The notes below the pieces were generated by a model that ran no database searches, was not told the DNA's origin, and saw nothing but the letters and a program-made list of their open reading frames with translations. This document shows positions 19,203 through 30,232 of a DNA stretch of 58,995 nt, one piece after another. Source of the DNA: a virus. Taxonomy: Duplodnaviria; Caudoviricetes. Made by a program: the position numbers and the translations under genes. The stretch's first letter is position 1, and each line of letters begins with the position of its first letter. The DNA lies in the IMG/VR virus record IMGVR_UViG_3300012163_000002, positions 1 through 58,995 of that record; one strand, 5' to 3'.

Positions 19203-21812
19203 ATGGCCGCAACGTTCCACATCGAAGTCGCGATCGACCCCGCGAAAGCCGTCAGCGGCGCGCAGCAGGTTGGCAAGGGCTTGAAGGAAACGGAGACGGC
19301 GGCCGACAAGCTACAGAGGACGATCAGGAACACGTTTGCCGGCATCGGCGTGGCCCTGATCGTCCGCGAGCTCGGGCAGGCGGCCGACGCCTACACGAAT
19401 ATGCAGAACCGGATCCGGACCGTGACGGAATCCGAGGCCGAACTGAACAGCGTGACGCGCCAGCTGTTCCAGATCGCGAACGAGACACGTGGTGCGTTCG
19501 ATGCGGTGGCTGAGGTCTACACACGCACGGCCTCGGCCGTGAAGGCGCTCGGCATTTCACAGGACGAGACGCTGGCGTTCACGAAATCGCTCAATCAAGC
19601 GGTTGCGCTCGGCGGGTCGGCGGCTGAAGAGTCGCGCGCTGGCCTCTTGCAGCTGTCGCAGGGCCTTGCCTCCGGCGCGCTGCGCGGAGACGAGTTGCGC
19701 TCGGTGCTCGAGCAGCTCCCTGTCGTGGCGGACGTGATCGCGAAGTCGCTCGGCGTGACGCGTGGCGAGCTGCGTGGGCTCGCCGAAGACGGCAAGCTGA
19801 CTGCGCAGGTGATTCTCGATGCGTTCGAGCAGAGCCGCGGAGAGCTGGAGACGCGGTTCGCAAAGTCGGTGCCCACGATCTCGCAAGCGTTCGTCGTGTT
19901 GAAGAACAACATCGTCGAGTTCGTCGGCGCCGCGGATCAGGCCACCCAGGTTAGCGGAGCGCTCGCTTCGGTGATCGTCTTCGCCAGCGAGCACATCGAC
20001 ATCCTGACCGCTGGCGTGATCGTGCTCGCCGTGGCAGCCCTGCCCGCAGCGTTGAGCGCGATGGGTGCCCTGATCGCGCAGAGCACGATCCTGCAGGGCG
20101 TGCTCTCTGGCGCGCTGTTCAATCCGCTGATCCTCGGTGTCGCAGCCGCCGGCGCGGGCATCATTCTGCTGATCGACCACTTGATCGACGTGCAGCAGAC
20201 CGCGCGCGATACGAAGGCGGAGATGGACAAGTTCCTCCTGACCGACGAGGACTTGCTCACGCAGTCGATCGCCAACGTCGAGAAGACGCTCGAGCGCGTG
20301 CAGGAGCAGGCGGCGCAGGGATTGTTCCCTGACACGGCCTCGGCGCAGGCGCGCATCGATCCGCTGATCGCGCGCATCGAGAAGCTGCGCGAGGAGCAGG
20401 CCGCGCTGTCAGACGGTACGGGCCGCACGCTCGCGCAGATCCGCGCGCAGGAAGCGGCCTTGACGAAACTTGACGATGCTGTGCGCAAGACGTCCGAAGG
20501 CTTGGTCGCTCAGGCAGCTGGCCTGGTCGAGACATCGCGCGAGCTCGCCATCCGTAAGACGCTGCTCGGTGAGCTGGCAGAGATCGAGAAGGCAACGGGT
20601 AAGGGCGTGACGCCCGAGCAGGAGGCCGCGCTTCGCCTGGCTGCTGAGCAGGCCCAGGCGCTTCGCGAACAGGCGCAGGCCTTCGATGCCATCAAGGGAC
20701 CCCAGGAACAATTCCGCGCGCAGCTGGAGGCGCTGAATCAGCTGCAGCTGCAAAGTCGCATCTCGACCGAGGAGTTCGACAAGGCCGTGGCCGCACTCGG
20801 CCAGGACTTCAAGGGCATCGACCTGTCGTCGCTCGACTTGAGCGGTCTGCAGAACCTGGATCTGTCCGCGATCCAGCAGCTGCTCGCCGGCGTCAAGCAA
20901 GTGGCCGAAGAGTCGAAGAAGTCAGCGGCCGATTCGATTGCCGGGCTCGAGCAGGAGAACAACGTGCTCGCTCTGCAGGTCGTCGGGCAGAAGGAGCTGG
21001 CCGAGCAGCTGCAGATCGTCAACGAGCTGAAGAGCCAGGGAATCGATGCGACGCCCGAAGAGGTGGCGCGCATCGAAGCCTTGAGGGCTCAGAACGAACA
21101 GCTGCAGCTGCAAGCCGACATCTTGGATTCGCTCAATGGCCCGCAGGAGAAGTACCTCGAGACCCAGCAGGCTTTGAACGATCTGCTCGCAGCGGACAAG
21201 ATCACCGTCGACGAGTACCGTGCCGTGCTCGAGGACGCCGCGAAGGCCGCTGGCATGCTGTCCGACGCGCAGGGCGGTGTGTCCGAAGGCGCTGCGAAGA
21301 TCGTCGAGGAGGTCGACCCTGCCGGCGAGGCGATCCAGCGTTCGCTCACGGATGCCTTTCGCAGCGCGGAGGATTCGCTGGTCGCCTTCGCCCGTACCGG
21401 CGAATTCAATTTCAGCAAGTTCGTGGACAGCCTGCTCGACGACGTCGCGCGGTTGCTCGTTCAGCAGGCCGTGTTCGCACTCTTCGGCGGTGCGCCCATC
21501 GGCGGCATTCCAGGTCTTTCGCCGCACGCTGCCGGCGGCGATTTCAATGCCGGCGACACGCTGCTCGTTGGCGAGCAGGGCCCTGAGATCATCACGGCCA
21601 AGGGATCGGGCGAAGTCATCCCCGCCGGCGAGACGGCTGCGCGCATGGGTGGCGATCGCGCGCCGAACGTCAACGTGGCCGCGCCCAACGTCACGGTGCC
21701 GATTACGAATGTGATCCAGGGAGACATCAAGAGCGACCTGGCTACGCCCGAAGGCGAGCAGGGCGTGCTGAACATCATTCGCCGGAACCCCGAGACTGTG
21801 AGGCGCGCGTGA
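19203..21812 (+). CDS. Tape measure protein
   Basis: 869 aa; ADAYT...NR, QLSQGLASGALRGDELRSVLEQ, helical body, AAGG..VGEQGPE C-terminus. Confidence 0.95.
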   Translation: MAATFHIEVAIDPAKAVSGAQQVGKGLKETETAADKLQRTIRNTFAGIGVALIVRELGQAADAYTNMQNRIRTVTESEAELNSVTRQLFQIANETRGAFDAVAEVYTRTASAVKALGISQDETLAFTKSLNQAVALGGSAAEESRAGLLQLSQGLASGALRGDELRSVLEQLPVVADVIAKSLGVTRGELRGLAEDGKLTAQVILDAFEQSRGELETRFAKSVPTISQAFVVLKNNIVEFVGAADQATQVSGALASVIVFASEHIDILTAGVIVLAVAALPAALSAMGALIAQSTILQGVLSGALFNPLILGVAAAGAGIILLIDHLIDVQQTARDTKAEMDKFLLTDEDLLTQSIANVEKTLERVQEQAAQGLFPDTASAQARIDPLIARIEKLREEQAALSDGTGRTLAQIRAQEAALTKLDDAVRKTSEGLVAQAAGLVETSRELAIRKTLLGELAEIEKATGKGVTPEQEAALRLAAEQAQALREQAQAFDAIKGPQEQFRAQLEALNQLQLQSRISTEEFDKAVAALGQDFKGIDLSSLDLSGLQNLDLSAIQQLLAGVKQVAEESKKSAADSIAGLEQENNVLALQVVGQKELAEQLQIVNELKSQGIDATPEEVARIEALRAQNEQLQLQADILDSLNGPQEKYLETQQALNDLLAADKITVDEYRAVLEDAAKAAGMLSDAQGGVSEGAAKIVEEVDPAGEAIQRSLTDAFRSAEDSLVAFARTGEFNFSKFVDSLLDDVARLLVQQAVFALFGGAPIGGIPGLSPHAAGGDFNAGDTLLVGEQGPEIITAKGSGEVIPAGETAARMGGDRAPNVNVAAPNVTVPITNVIQGDIKSDLATPEGEQGVLNIIRRNPETVRRA

Positions 21813-23434
21813 GTTTCAACGTCGGAACAGCGACGGACTACATCGACCTGCTGAATCAGCTGGTGCAGAACCTGACGCGCCGTCACCTCGAGGCGATCGC
21901 GATCAACGCCGGCGGCACGGGCCACGCAGTCGGTGACGTCATCACGATCGACCCGACCGGCTCGACGTCGACGCTCGTCGCGAAGATCGAGGTCGTGACC
22001 GTCGCGGCCGGCGTCATCACGGCCGCGCGCATCTACCGTGCCGGCTGCTACACGGTCGACCCGACGACGACCACCGGTAACGCGCAGAGCGCGACGACCG
22101 GCGCCGGCATCGGCGCGACGTTCAACCTGACGTTCGCGAGCACGGGCTGGACCCAGCTCGCGCGCAGCTCTGTCGCGGCATCGGCCACGGTCGGCGCCGC
22201 AGGCAACGGGTACAACGTCGGCAACGTCCTGACGCTGATCGGCGGCGTGCTCTCGGTCGGTGGCAGCGCGGCCACGTTCACGGTTGCCACGCTCACGGGC
22301 GGCGCCGGCAGCGGCGTCGCGACGGTCACGCTGACGAGCGCCGGCAGCTACGAGGTGCACCCAACGAACGCGGTGCTGACTTCGAACAGCGGCACGGGGG
22401 ACAACCTCGCCACGCTGAACGTGACCTGGTCCGACCTCGCCGGCGACACGATCGTGATCCTGCAGGGCGACGCTGGCAGCTCGATCGATCCGCTCGTCGG
22501 CATCCACACGTGGAGTTCGCAGCTCGACGAGAGCGGAGCGAACACGGTCCACAATTGGTCGCTGCACGGGATGACCACGTGGTCGGCCGCGCTGCCGCTG
22601 CACCAGCAGGCGAACATCCTCGAGGCTGGGATGAGCAACGCGCACAACGGCGCGATCACGACGCTGACGACTTCGGGCGATGGCGCGTGGGTTCCGCTGA
22701 AGGCCGCGGACGCGTTCAACATGACTTGGTGGCTGAGCGTCACCGGCCGGCGCGTCGTCATGATCGTGCGAGTGCAGGGTGCCTCGACGACGTACTACGC
22801 ACACCTGTCGTTCGGCCTGCTGAACCCGTTCGGCACTGCGACCGAGATCCCGTACCCGCTGTACGTTGCCGGCGCGTCGGATCGCCCGAAGGCTTGGTAC
22901 AGGGACACGGCTTCTCTTTGGGGCGGATTGTCCGAACCGATCTCGCGGAACAACGGCCCCGCATTCGTGTGGGAGATCACGGGCAACTGGATTCAGTGCA
23001 GGGTCGCGACGATCGGTTCGAACGTGAGCCTGACGCCGACCTACAGCACGATCGGCCCGCCGCGCGCCGTTGCGATCCCCCTCGGCGTGCAGAATCAGCA
23101 ATCGGTCAACGACGACAAGACGTGGGACCAGCCCGCTGCAGGCGGCTTCTGGCCCGAGCAAATCACGCTCGCGGCCAGCGCGACTCGCATCTATCGCACG
23201 CCCGACACTGGTGGCGATCTGTTCCCGCTGTTCCCGGTCGGCTACTCGCGCAGCGACGACGTCAGCATCTTGTTCTACCTGTACGGTGAAGTGGAGGGCG
23301 TCTTCTGGCTCGATCAGGGCGGGAGCGGCATCACGAGCGAGGACCGCGTGCTGCAGGGCAGCAGCGCCTACACGATCTTCCAGAACGGAACGCGCGTCCA
23401 ACCCTACTCGTTCCTGGCGCTGCGCGAGGATTGA
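21809..23434 (+). CDS. Tail/virion structural protein with duplicated inserted domain
   Basis: GTATDY.DLL N-terminus, PYPLYV.G, GE.EGVFW; two G.G..VG.V.T repeats. Confidence 0.8.
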   Translation: MSFNVGTATDYIDLLNQLVQNLTRRHLEAIAINAGGTGHAVGDVITIDPTGSTSTLVAKIEVVTVAAGVITAARIYRAGCYTVDPTTTTGNAQSATTGAGIGATFNLTFASTGWTQLARSSVAASATVGAAGNGYNVGNVLTLIGGVLSVGGSAATFTVATLTGGAGSGVATVTLTSAGSYEVHPTNAVLTSNSGTGDNLATLNVTWSDLAGDTIVILQGDAGSSIDPLVGIHTWSSQLDESGANTVHNWSLHGMTTWSAALPLHQQANILEAGMSNAHNGAITTLTTSGDGAWVPLKAADAFNMTWWLSVTGRRVVMIVRVQGASTTYYAHLSFGLLNPFGTATEIPYPLYVAGASDRPKAWYRDTASLWGGLSEPISRNNGPAFVWEITGNWIQCRVATIGSNVSLTPTYSTIGPPRAVAIPLGVQNQQSVNDDKTWDQPAAGGFWPEQITLAASATRIYRTPDTGGDLFPLFPVGYSRSDDVSILFYLYGEVEGVFWLDQGGSGITSEDRVLQGSSAYTIFQNGTRVQPYSFLALRED

Positions 23435-23437
23435 TCC

Positions 23438-24460
23438 ATGACCTACGCAACAGGTAGCGCGTCAAGCCTCGTCGATCTGCTTTCGAAGCTCGACACGTTC
23501 GCGCAGACGACGCACGGCGGATGGACGTCGATCTACTCGCCGAACCCCGACACGACGAACCGTTGGTTCGAGCTGAAGAAGGGGAGCCTGTCGTTCTCGA
23601 TGCGCTACCCGGCGTCGATCGCCGCCGGCAATGCGGTGAGCGTGCACCAGGCGACCGGCTCGAGCAGCGCCGCCACGGCTCCGGGCTTGCACACGGCCGA
23701 CAGCAACAACGGGTACAACACCGCGCCCGGCGGCACGTCGGCCAACTTCTTGGCCGAGCGGTGCGTGAGCGAAATCGGCAACGGCCCGTTCCCCTCCTAC
23801 CACTTCTTCGCCGACGACACGGCGCCGGCGGACTACATCCACGTGGTCGTCGAAATCACGACCGGGATGTTCCGGCACTTCGGGTTCGGCAAGCTCGACA
23901 AGTTCGGGAACAACTGGACCGGCGGCGAGTACGTCTATGGGCACTTCGTCAATCAGGCGACGAACGCGACGCCGGTAGACGCGGTGCACAGCTTCCTTTT
24001 GAACGCGCTGGGCACGACCACGACGCGACTGCGGGATGCGACCGTGCGCATCGCGTCGGGTCTCGCGAATCAGGGCGCGGCCGTGTGGGGCGTCTGCAAC
24101 ACGGCCTCGAGCGCGAACCTGTTGCTCGACACGGCTGGCAACGCTCGGCAGCAGATCATTGCCGGCGGCCGCGGCGGCGTGATCGCGAGCGCGTATGGCA
24201 ACCCGATGGGGAACAATGCCGCGGGGTTCGTCACGGGCTACCCCATCGATTGCTTCTACAAGGACCCGAGCAACCTGCGCGTGTACTTGCTGGGCAAGCT
24301 GAGCGATACGCGCATCGTGAACATTCGAAACTTCGCGGCGGGCGAGACGATCGTGATCGGGTCGGAGACCTGGCACATCTTCCCGATGTCGCAGAAGACG
24401 TCGGCGGCGATCGCCGGTCGGTCGGGCTTCCTCGGGGTTATGTACCGCGAAGTGCCGTAG
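23438..24460 (+). CDS. Tail/virion structural protein
   Basis: MTY.TG.ASS..DLL, HVVVE...G.FRHFGFG.L.K, W.GG.Y as in YuA-type tail genes. Confidence 0.8.
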   Translation: MTYATGSASSLVDLLSKLDTFAQTTHGGWTSIYSPNPDTTNRWFELKKGSLSFSMRYPASIAAGNAVSVHQATGSSSAATAPGLHTADSNNGYNTAPGGTSANFLAERCVSEIGNGPFPSYHFFADDTAPADYIHVVVEITTGMFRHFGFGKLDKFGNNWTGGEYVYGHFVNQATNATPVDAVHSFLLNALGTTTTRLRDATVRIASGLANQGAAVWGVCNTASSANLLLDTAGNARQQIIAGGRGGVIASAYGNPMGNNAAGFVTGYPIDCFYKDPSNLRVYLLGKLSDTRIVNIRNFAAGETIVIGSETWHIFPMSQKTSAAIAGRSGFLGVMYREVP

Positions 24461-24466
24461 GCGCCC

Positions 24467-26176
24467 GTGGCTAACTTCCCCCAAAGGGTCAGCGGTCTCG
24501 TTGCTGCAGTTGCGGTGATGCGCGTCACTGCGGGAATGATCACGCTGCAGGCGCCGTCTCTGCAGATCATCAAGCCGGCGTCTCCGACGGCGAGCATTAG
24601 CGGCTTCACGATCGTGACGCCGCCCGCCGCGTCCGTGACCACGTACCGCGGCCAGTCCCTCGAGAAGAGCTCGGGCGGCTATCAGGTGTGGTTCGAAGAG
24701 TTCCACGTCCTGCCGCGGAGCTTTGACCTGGGCAACGTGCTGTCGTCGCAGTCGCTTCCGATCTACGTCTTCCTCGCGAGCACGCGCAGGCAAGAGACGT
24801 GGAACGTCTTCACTAACAACGCTGGCGCAGGCGTTGACCTGACTGGGGATCCGGCGCTGCCCGTGGTCATGGATCCCTTTACGCAGTTCGCGATGCAGCT
24901 CGAGATCAGCGCGACCGGAGATCCATTCGTTGACTCGTTCCTGGTCTTCGAGTTCAGCACCGGCACGACGATCGTTCCGATTTCGCTGGAGCGCATCGTG
25001 CTCTTCGAGCTTCGCCCGGAGATCCCGTACGCGGAGGTGCTGGCCTTCCTTACGGACGTGATCCAAGCGAAGAGCGGGAAGGAGCGGCGCCACGCGCTTC
25101 GCAAGAACCCGCGGCAGACGTTCGATTACGAGTACCTCGTCGACGAGTTCGATCGGTCGGACTTCGAAAACCGCCTGTTCGATTTTCACGCGCGACAGTT
25201 CGGCGTGCCGGTGTGGTTCGACGATTCGGACCTGAGTGTCGCCGTGCTTGCCGGCGACACCGTGGTCAACGTCAATTCGACCGCCTTCCGTGACTACCGC
25301 GTCGGCGGGCTCGCGGTGATCCTCGCGGCGAACGGGACATTCGACGTGCTGAGCCTGACGGCCATCGGTGCCACGACGCTGACGTCCGATTCTCCGACGG
25401 TGAACGCTTATCCCCTCGGCCTCAACACGCAGGTCTTCCCGCTCGCGACGTGCCGCCTGCCGTCGAAGCTGCAGGTCAAGCGTTGGCCGGTGAACCTCTC
25501 GTCGATGCGGTTGCCGTTCTCTCCGAGCAACAACGACGCGAACCTGGGATCGATCGCGCACTTCCCGACGCTGTACAAGGGCAAGCCCGTGATCGAGTCG
25601 GGGCAGATTGTCAACGGGACGGTTTCCGAATCGTTCGAGACAAGGGTGTCGATCATCGACAGCGGTGTCGGCTTGCGAGAGCAGACGTCTCCGTGGGATG
25701 GCATGCGGCACGGTTTGCAGCTCGAGCTGCGCGCGCAGGGACGGCAGGCCGGCTGGGAGCTGCGCCGCTTCGCGCACTGGCTGCGCGGAAAGCAAGTCAC
25801 GTTCTACGTCCCGCGCGACGCGCCCGACATCGTCCCGAAGAGCGATCTGCTCAACCTCTCGACTGCGATGGCGATCGAGAACATTGGGTACTACCAGCAC
25901 GTCCGTCAGCGGATGCCCAGGAATTCGATCTACATCAAGCTGACGAACGGCACGGTTCTGATGCGCGACATCGTGAACAGTGCCGCGAGTCTCGACCCGA
26001 CGCAGGAGGGGCTGACCGTCGACATTGCCTGGGCTGGCACGACGCTGCTCGCCAACATCAGCCGGATCTCGTTCCTCGAGAAGATGCGCCTGGACACTGA
26101 CGCGGTGCGCCTCGAATTCGACGTCAACGCTCAGACTGTCCGCCTGCTCTCTCCGATCGTGACGGTGTTCGAGTAA
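24467..26176 (+). CDS. Distal tail / tail-tip structural protein
   Basis: E.L.FLTDV....G.E.R..LR..PRQ.F; LRG.Q..FYVP. Confidence 0.8.
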   Translation: MANFPQRVSGLVAAVAVMRVTAGMITLQAPSLQIIKPASPTASISGFTIVTPPAASVTTYRGQSLEKSSGGYQVWFEEFHVLPRSFDLGNVLSSQSLPIYVFLASTRRQETWNVFTNNAGAGVDLTGDPALPVVMDPFTQFAMQLEISATGDPFVDSFLVFEFSTGTTIVPISLERIVLFELRPEIPYAEVLAFLTDVIQAKSGKERRHALRKNPRQTFDYEYLVDEFDRSDFENRLFDFHARQFGVPVWFDDSDLSVAVLAGDTVVNVNSTAFRDYRVGGLAVILAANGTFDVLSLTAIGATTLTSDSPTVNAYPLGLNTQVFPLATCRLPSKLQVKRWPVNLSSMRLPFSPSNNDANLGSIAHFPTLYKGKPVIESGQIVNGTVSESFETRVSIIDSGVGLREQTSPWDGMRHGLQLELRAQGRQAGWELRRFAHWLRGKQVTFYVPRDAPDIVPKSDLLNLSTAMAIENIGYYQHVRQRMPRNSIYIKLTNGTVLMRDIVNSAASLDPTQEGLTVDIAWAGTTLLANISRISFLEKMRLDTDAVRLEFDVNAQTVRLLSPIVTVFE

Positions 26177-27009
26177 TGGACTACAACACGCCCGAGACCA
26201 GCGTCGAGAGCGGTCAGCCGATCGAGCTGTACCAGTTCACCGTCGGGTCGGTGCAGTACCGCTACACGTCAGCCGAGGACGTGATCATCCTCGGCGCGAA
26301 CGAGTACGAGCCGAAACCGATCCGCCGCGGCAACATCGAAGACGGCCCGCAGAAGCGGAACACGGACTTTCAGGTGATTCTGCCGACGTCGGACGACCTG
26401 TCGCAGCGGTTCCTCGGGATCCTGCCCGGTGTGCGCGTGCCGGTAACTGTCAGCCGCTACCACCGCGGCGACACCGGCGGCGGCGGGCCCGAAGTCATCA
26501 CGGTGTTTACCGGCTTCGTGCTCTCGGCGAATTTCACGAAGCTCGGCAAGGAGTGCACGCTGACCGCGCGGCACGCGCTCGCGAACCTCGGCCGCATCAT
26601 CCCGACCCGCGGCTTCGCCAGCTCGTGCGGGCACATCCTGTACGAGCCGAACACGTGCAAGGTCGACGAGACGTCGCCGGCGAACAGGATCTCGGCCGAC
26701 GACGTCGTCAGCCAGGTGGGCAACGTTATGACGGTGACCAGCATCGTCGGGCTCGGCTTCGCGGACGGGCAGTTCAACAGCGGATTCGTCGAGGCCGTTG
26801 GCACGAACGACTTCCGCCTGATCCTCTCGCAGACTGGCAACGCGCTGACGCTGCTGCAGCCGTTTACGACCCCGCCGGTGCAGGTGAACATCTTTCGCGG
26901 CTGCGGGCACACTATCGAAGCGTGCCACAACGACCACGACAACGTGCTCAACTACGGCGGGTTCGCCTTCGTCCCGCTGCTCAACCCCTACACGAGCGGA
27001 GTCCTGTGA
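26176..27009 (+). CDS. Tail-tip protein, DUF2163/BR0599 family
   Basis: PIELYQF..YTS, C...LY...C.V, GC..T...C....N..NYGGF.FVP..NP. Confidence 0.85.
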   Translation: MDYNTPETSVESGQPIELYQFTVGSVQYRYTSAEDVIILGANEYEPKPIRRGNIEDGPQKRNTDFQVILPTSDDLSQRFLGILPGVRVPVTVSRYHRGDTGGGGPEVITVFTGFVLSANFTKLGKECTLTARHALANLGRIIPTRGFASSCGHILYEPNTCKVDETSPANRISADDVVSQVGNVMTVTSIVGLGFADGQFNSGFVEAVGTNDFRLILSQTGNALTLLQPFTTPPVQVNIFRGCGHTIEACHNDHDNVLNYGGFAFVPLLNPYTSGVL

Positions 27010-29885
27010 GTTTCTTCATCACGCTGCTAATCTACGCGGTGCTGTTCGTGCTCTCGGACTTGCTTGCTCCGAAGCCCGAGCTCGAGAACGCGAAGCCCGC
27101 AGGTCTCGGTGACTTCCAGTTCCCGACCGCGACCGAGCAGCGCAAGGTGCCGCTGCTGTGGGGCACGGTGAAGCTCTCGGGCCCGAACGTCGTTTGGTGG
27201 GGCGACTTGCTGCAGGATCCGATCATCGAGCGGGTCAAGACGAGCATGTTCAGCAGCGAGAACGTGATTCGCGGCTTCGAGTATTCGATCGGCGTGCAGC
27301 AGGTGCTGTGCGAGGGCCCGATCGACGACCTCGTCCGAGTCTGGATCGACGAGGACCTGGTCCTCGACGAGTCGGCCGGCACGCCGATCGTTCCCGACGG
27401 CACGTTCACGATCGACGAGCCTGACCTGTTCGGCGGCAAAGACTTCGGCAGCGGCGGGTTCGTTGGCACGCTGAAGCTGCATGGCGGCTCGAGCACGCAG
27501 GCCGTCTCGACCTACCTGTCCGCGTTCCAGAAGTTCCCCGTGGTGACCGGCGACACGCCCGCCTATCGCGGCTTCTGCTACGTGGCGCCGAGCACGGAGA
27601 GGATCTACGTCGGCGACAGCACGCAGATCAAGCCGATGAAGTGGGAGGTGCGGCGCACGCCCAATCAGCTCGCCGTGCCGGCCGGCAAGCACCGCGTCAA
27701 CACGTGGGACGCGAACCCCATGTGCGTGCTCTACGAGGCGATGACGAGCACGGATTGGGGCAAGGGGATCGACCCCGCCGAGATTGACGTCGCCAACTTC
27801 CGTGCTGTCGCTTCGGTGCTGTACGACGAGGGGAACGGCTTCTCGATGCTGCTCGATCGCGACGAGGACGTCGGCGAGTTGCTGAGTCGGCTCGAGCAGC
27901 AGGCCGACATGGTCGTGTTCCAGAACCCGTTCACGGGCAAGTGGCAGGCGAAGCTCGCGCGCGACGACTACAACATCAACACGGTGTTCCAGGCGACGGT
28001 CGACAACGTGGTCGAGGTGGTCAGCTACACGCAGAGCACCTGGGAGGACACGAAGAACCAGGTCTCGATCCCGTTCAATCAGCGCAGCGATTCGTACAAG
28101 GGCACCTATGGATTCGCGCAGGACATGGCGAATCAGCGCATCGTCGGCAAGAAGACGCCGACTCAGATCACGCACGCCGGCGTGAAGGATGCCGCGCTCG
28201 CGAACGCGCTCGCTTGGCGCGCGCTGCGCACGCTGTCGCAGCCGCTGATCGCGGCGACGATCATCTTCGATCGCAGCGCCTACGGCCAGTTGCCGGGCAG
28301 CGTGATTGCGTTCACGGATCCCGACTACAACGTGGTCAAGCTGCCGCTGCGAATCCAGAGCGTCGACTATGGCGACCTGTTCGACGGGAAGATCCGCATG
28401 ACGCTGGTGCAGGACGTTTTCCGCGCCGCGATCGGGAGCTTCGCGACGCCGGCGAACACTGGCTGGGATCCGCCGCAGGATACGCTCGTGCCGTTCCCGA
28501 CCGACGAGCAGCTCGTGTTCGAAGCGCCGCGCGCGTTCACGCTCCGCGACCCGGAGACCGAATCGCCCACGATCGACAAGGTGTGGGCTGCGGCTCGCCG
28601 GCAGAGCGTCGAAGTCTCGTTCCGCATTCGCACACGCTTCGCTGTCGGCGCGCCTGCTGGTCCGTTCGCGATCAATGGTCAGGGGTTCTCGTTCCTCAAG
28701 ATCGGTAGCCTGCTGTCGTCGATCACTGAGGACAGCGCCTACCCGCTCGCGACGTTGACGGTCACGCCGTCGCCCGACACGCAGGCGTCGATCCTGAACG
28801 CGTTCCCGCTGGTGACCGACCTCGTGGACCTTGGCACCGAACTCAGCTCGCTGATCTACGTCGAGGGCGAGTTCATGCTCGTGACCTCGGCAAGCTCGAG
28901 CGTCGGCAACGTGCAGCTCAACGGTGTCTATCGCGGTGTGCTCGACTCCGCGCAGCGGCCGCACACCGCTGGCGCCGACGTGCTGCTGCTCTTCCTCGGC
29001 GGCGCCATGTCGACGGACTCGTTCCCTGCAGGGAACAACGTCGACGTCAAGCTGACGCCCCGCTCGAGTACCGACGAGGTGTTGGAGGCATCCGCGACGA
29101 CGGTCGCGATCGCGCTAGCGAGCCGCACCCGGCGCCCCTACCCGCCGAGCGAGTTCACGCTGAACGGTTCGCGCCTGGACATCACGAACGTGAGCCTGAC
29201 GGCGAGCGGCTCCGGCGAGAACGTTGGCGTGCTCTTCGCCGCGATCATCCGCCGCGACTTCCGAGCCACGAACGAGATCTCGCAGCTGACGACCGACGCC
29301 GGTTCGCTCTTCGCCGACTTCCCTGCAGCGAACACGACCACGCACTCGCTCGTGGTCAAGAACGGCGTGACCGTGCTCGTGAATCAGAGCATCGGCGCGG
29401 CCGTGACTGGCACGGTGCGTCAGCTCGACATCCTGCAGGCGCTGAACAACACGACGCTGCCGGCGAGCCTGACCTTTGGTGTGCGCGCCACGCACGTGTT
29501 CGAAAGCGTGAGCCGGGATTCTCTGATCGACTGTCAGGTGATCTCGACGCTCTCCTCGCCTCTGATCGGCAAGCACGCGTTCGGTGCGCGCCTGGCGAAC
29601 ATCGTGTCAACGGTCTACACCGTGCTCACGGGCGACGACACGACCGACCACGTGCTCACTCTGTCGGCTGCATTCACGCTCGGTGCCGTACAGTACCGAA
29701 TCAATGGCGGCGCGTTCACGAGCTACATTGCCGCCGGCCTGACGACCGGCGCCATCCCCCACGCTTCGATCGTTGTCGGTGACACGATCGAGATTCGCCA
29801 TACCTCAACCGACGTCGGCGCTCAGCACCTGGCCACGATGACCGTCGGGGCGAACACTCGAGCCTATGGAGTCCTGATTACATGA
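27006..29885 (+). CDS. Central tail hub/tip protein
   Basis: 959 aa from GTG 27006; F.FPTA.E.R.VP..WGT, LCEGPID, PAYRG, DANP. The track start at 26553 overlaps the upstream gene. Confidence 0.85.
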   Translation: MSFFITLLIYAVLFVLSDLLAPKPELENAKPAGLGDFQFPTATEQRKVPLLWGTVKLSGPNVVWWGDLLQDPIIERVKTSMFSSENVIRGFEYSIGVQQVLCEGPIDDLVRVWIDEDLVLDESAGTPIVPDGTFTIDEPDLFGGKDFGSGGFVGTLKLHGGSSTQAVSTYLSAFQKFPVVTGDTPAYRGFCYVAPSTERIYVGDSTQIKPMKWEVRRTPNQLAVPAGKHRVNTWDANPMCVLYEAMTSTDWGKGIDPAEIDVANFRAVASVLYDEGNGFSMLLDRDEDVGELLSRLEQQADMVVFQNPFTGKWQAKLARDDYNINTVFQATVDNVVEVVSYTQSTWEDTKNQVSIPFNQRSDSYKGTYGFAQDMANQRIVGKKTPTQITHAGVKDAALANALAWRALRTLSQPLIAATIIFDRSAYGQLPGSVIAFTDPDYNVVKLPLRIQSVDYGDLFDGKIRMTLVQDVFRAAIGSFATPANTGWDPPQDTLVPFPTDEQLVFEAPRAFTLRDPETESPTIDKVWAAARRQSVEVSFRIRTRFAVGAPAGPFAINGQGFSFLKIGSLLSSITEDSAYPLATLTVTPSPDTQASILNAFPLVTDLVDLGTELSSLIYVEGEFMLVTSASSSVGNVQLNGVYRGVLDSAQRPHTAGADVLLLFLGGAMSTDSFPAGNNVDVKLTPRSSTDEVLEASATTVAIALASRTRRPYPPSEFTLNGSRLDITNVSLTASGSGENVGVLFAAIIRRDFRATNEISQLTTDAGSLFADFPAANTTTHSLVVKNGVTVLVNQSIGAAVTGTVRQLDILQALNNTTLPASLTFGVRATHVFESVSRDSLIDCQVISTLSSPLIGKHAFGARLANIVSTVYTVLTGDDTTDHVLTLSAAFTLGAVQYRINGGAFTSYIAAGLTTGAIPHASIVVGDTIEIRHTSTDVGAQHLATMTVGANTRAYGVLIT

Positions 29886-30223
29886 GCGACGCTGACAATC
29901 AACCTGAGTCTGCAACCGAGCAAGGTGGTGCTCCAGCCATGAACCTTACCCAAAAAACGAGCGTGTCGATCGCGCTGGTGATCGTGATCATTTCTGGGAT
30001 CGTCGCGAACGTCTCGATGATGTTCTCGCTGCGCGGTGACGTCGCGCTCGTGCAGAAAGACGTGAGCCATGTCGTGCTCGACGTGGCTCAGATCCGCACG
30101 AACATGGGCGCGCTTGCCAGCGACACCCGTCGCGACACCAGCGCGCTGCAAGTGCAGGTCGCGACGCTGCAAGCGCAGGTCAACGAATTGGCGACTCGTC
30201 TGCGCGAGATCGAGCACAAGTGA
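29882..30223 (+). CDS. Single-TM coiled-coil membrane protein (possible lysis function)
   Basis: Hydrophobic SIALVIVIISGIVANV then coiled coil. Confidence 0.7.
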   Translation: MSDADNQPESATEQGGAPAMNLTQKTSVSIALVIVIISGIVANVSMMFSLRGDVALVQKDVSHVVLDVAQIRTNMGALASDTRRDTSALQVQVATLQAQVNELATRLREIEHK

Positions 30224-30232
30224 AATACCCGC

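Noticed and set aside
3993-28964. Long minus-strand ORFs (e.g. 3993-6326, 6435-8081, 16601-18274, 23462-25900, 27027-28964)
   Set aside because: Antisense shadows of well-supported + strand genes, with Arg/Ala-rich uninformative translations.
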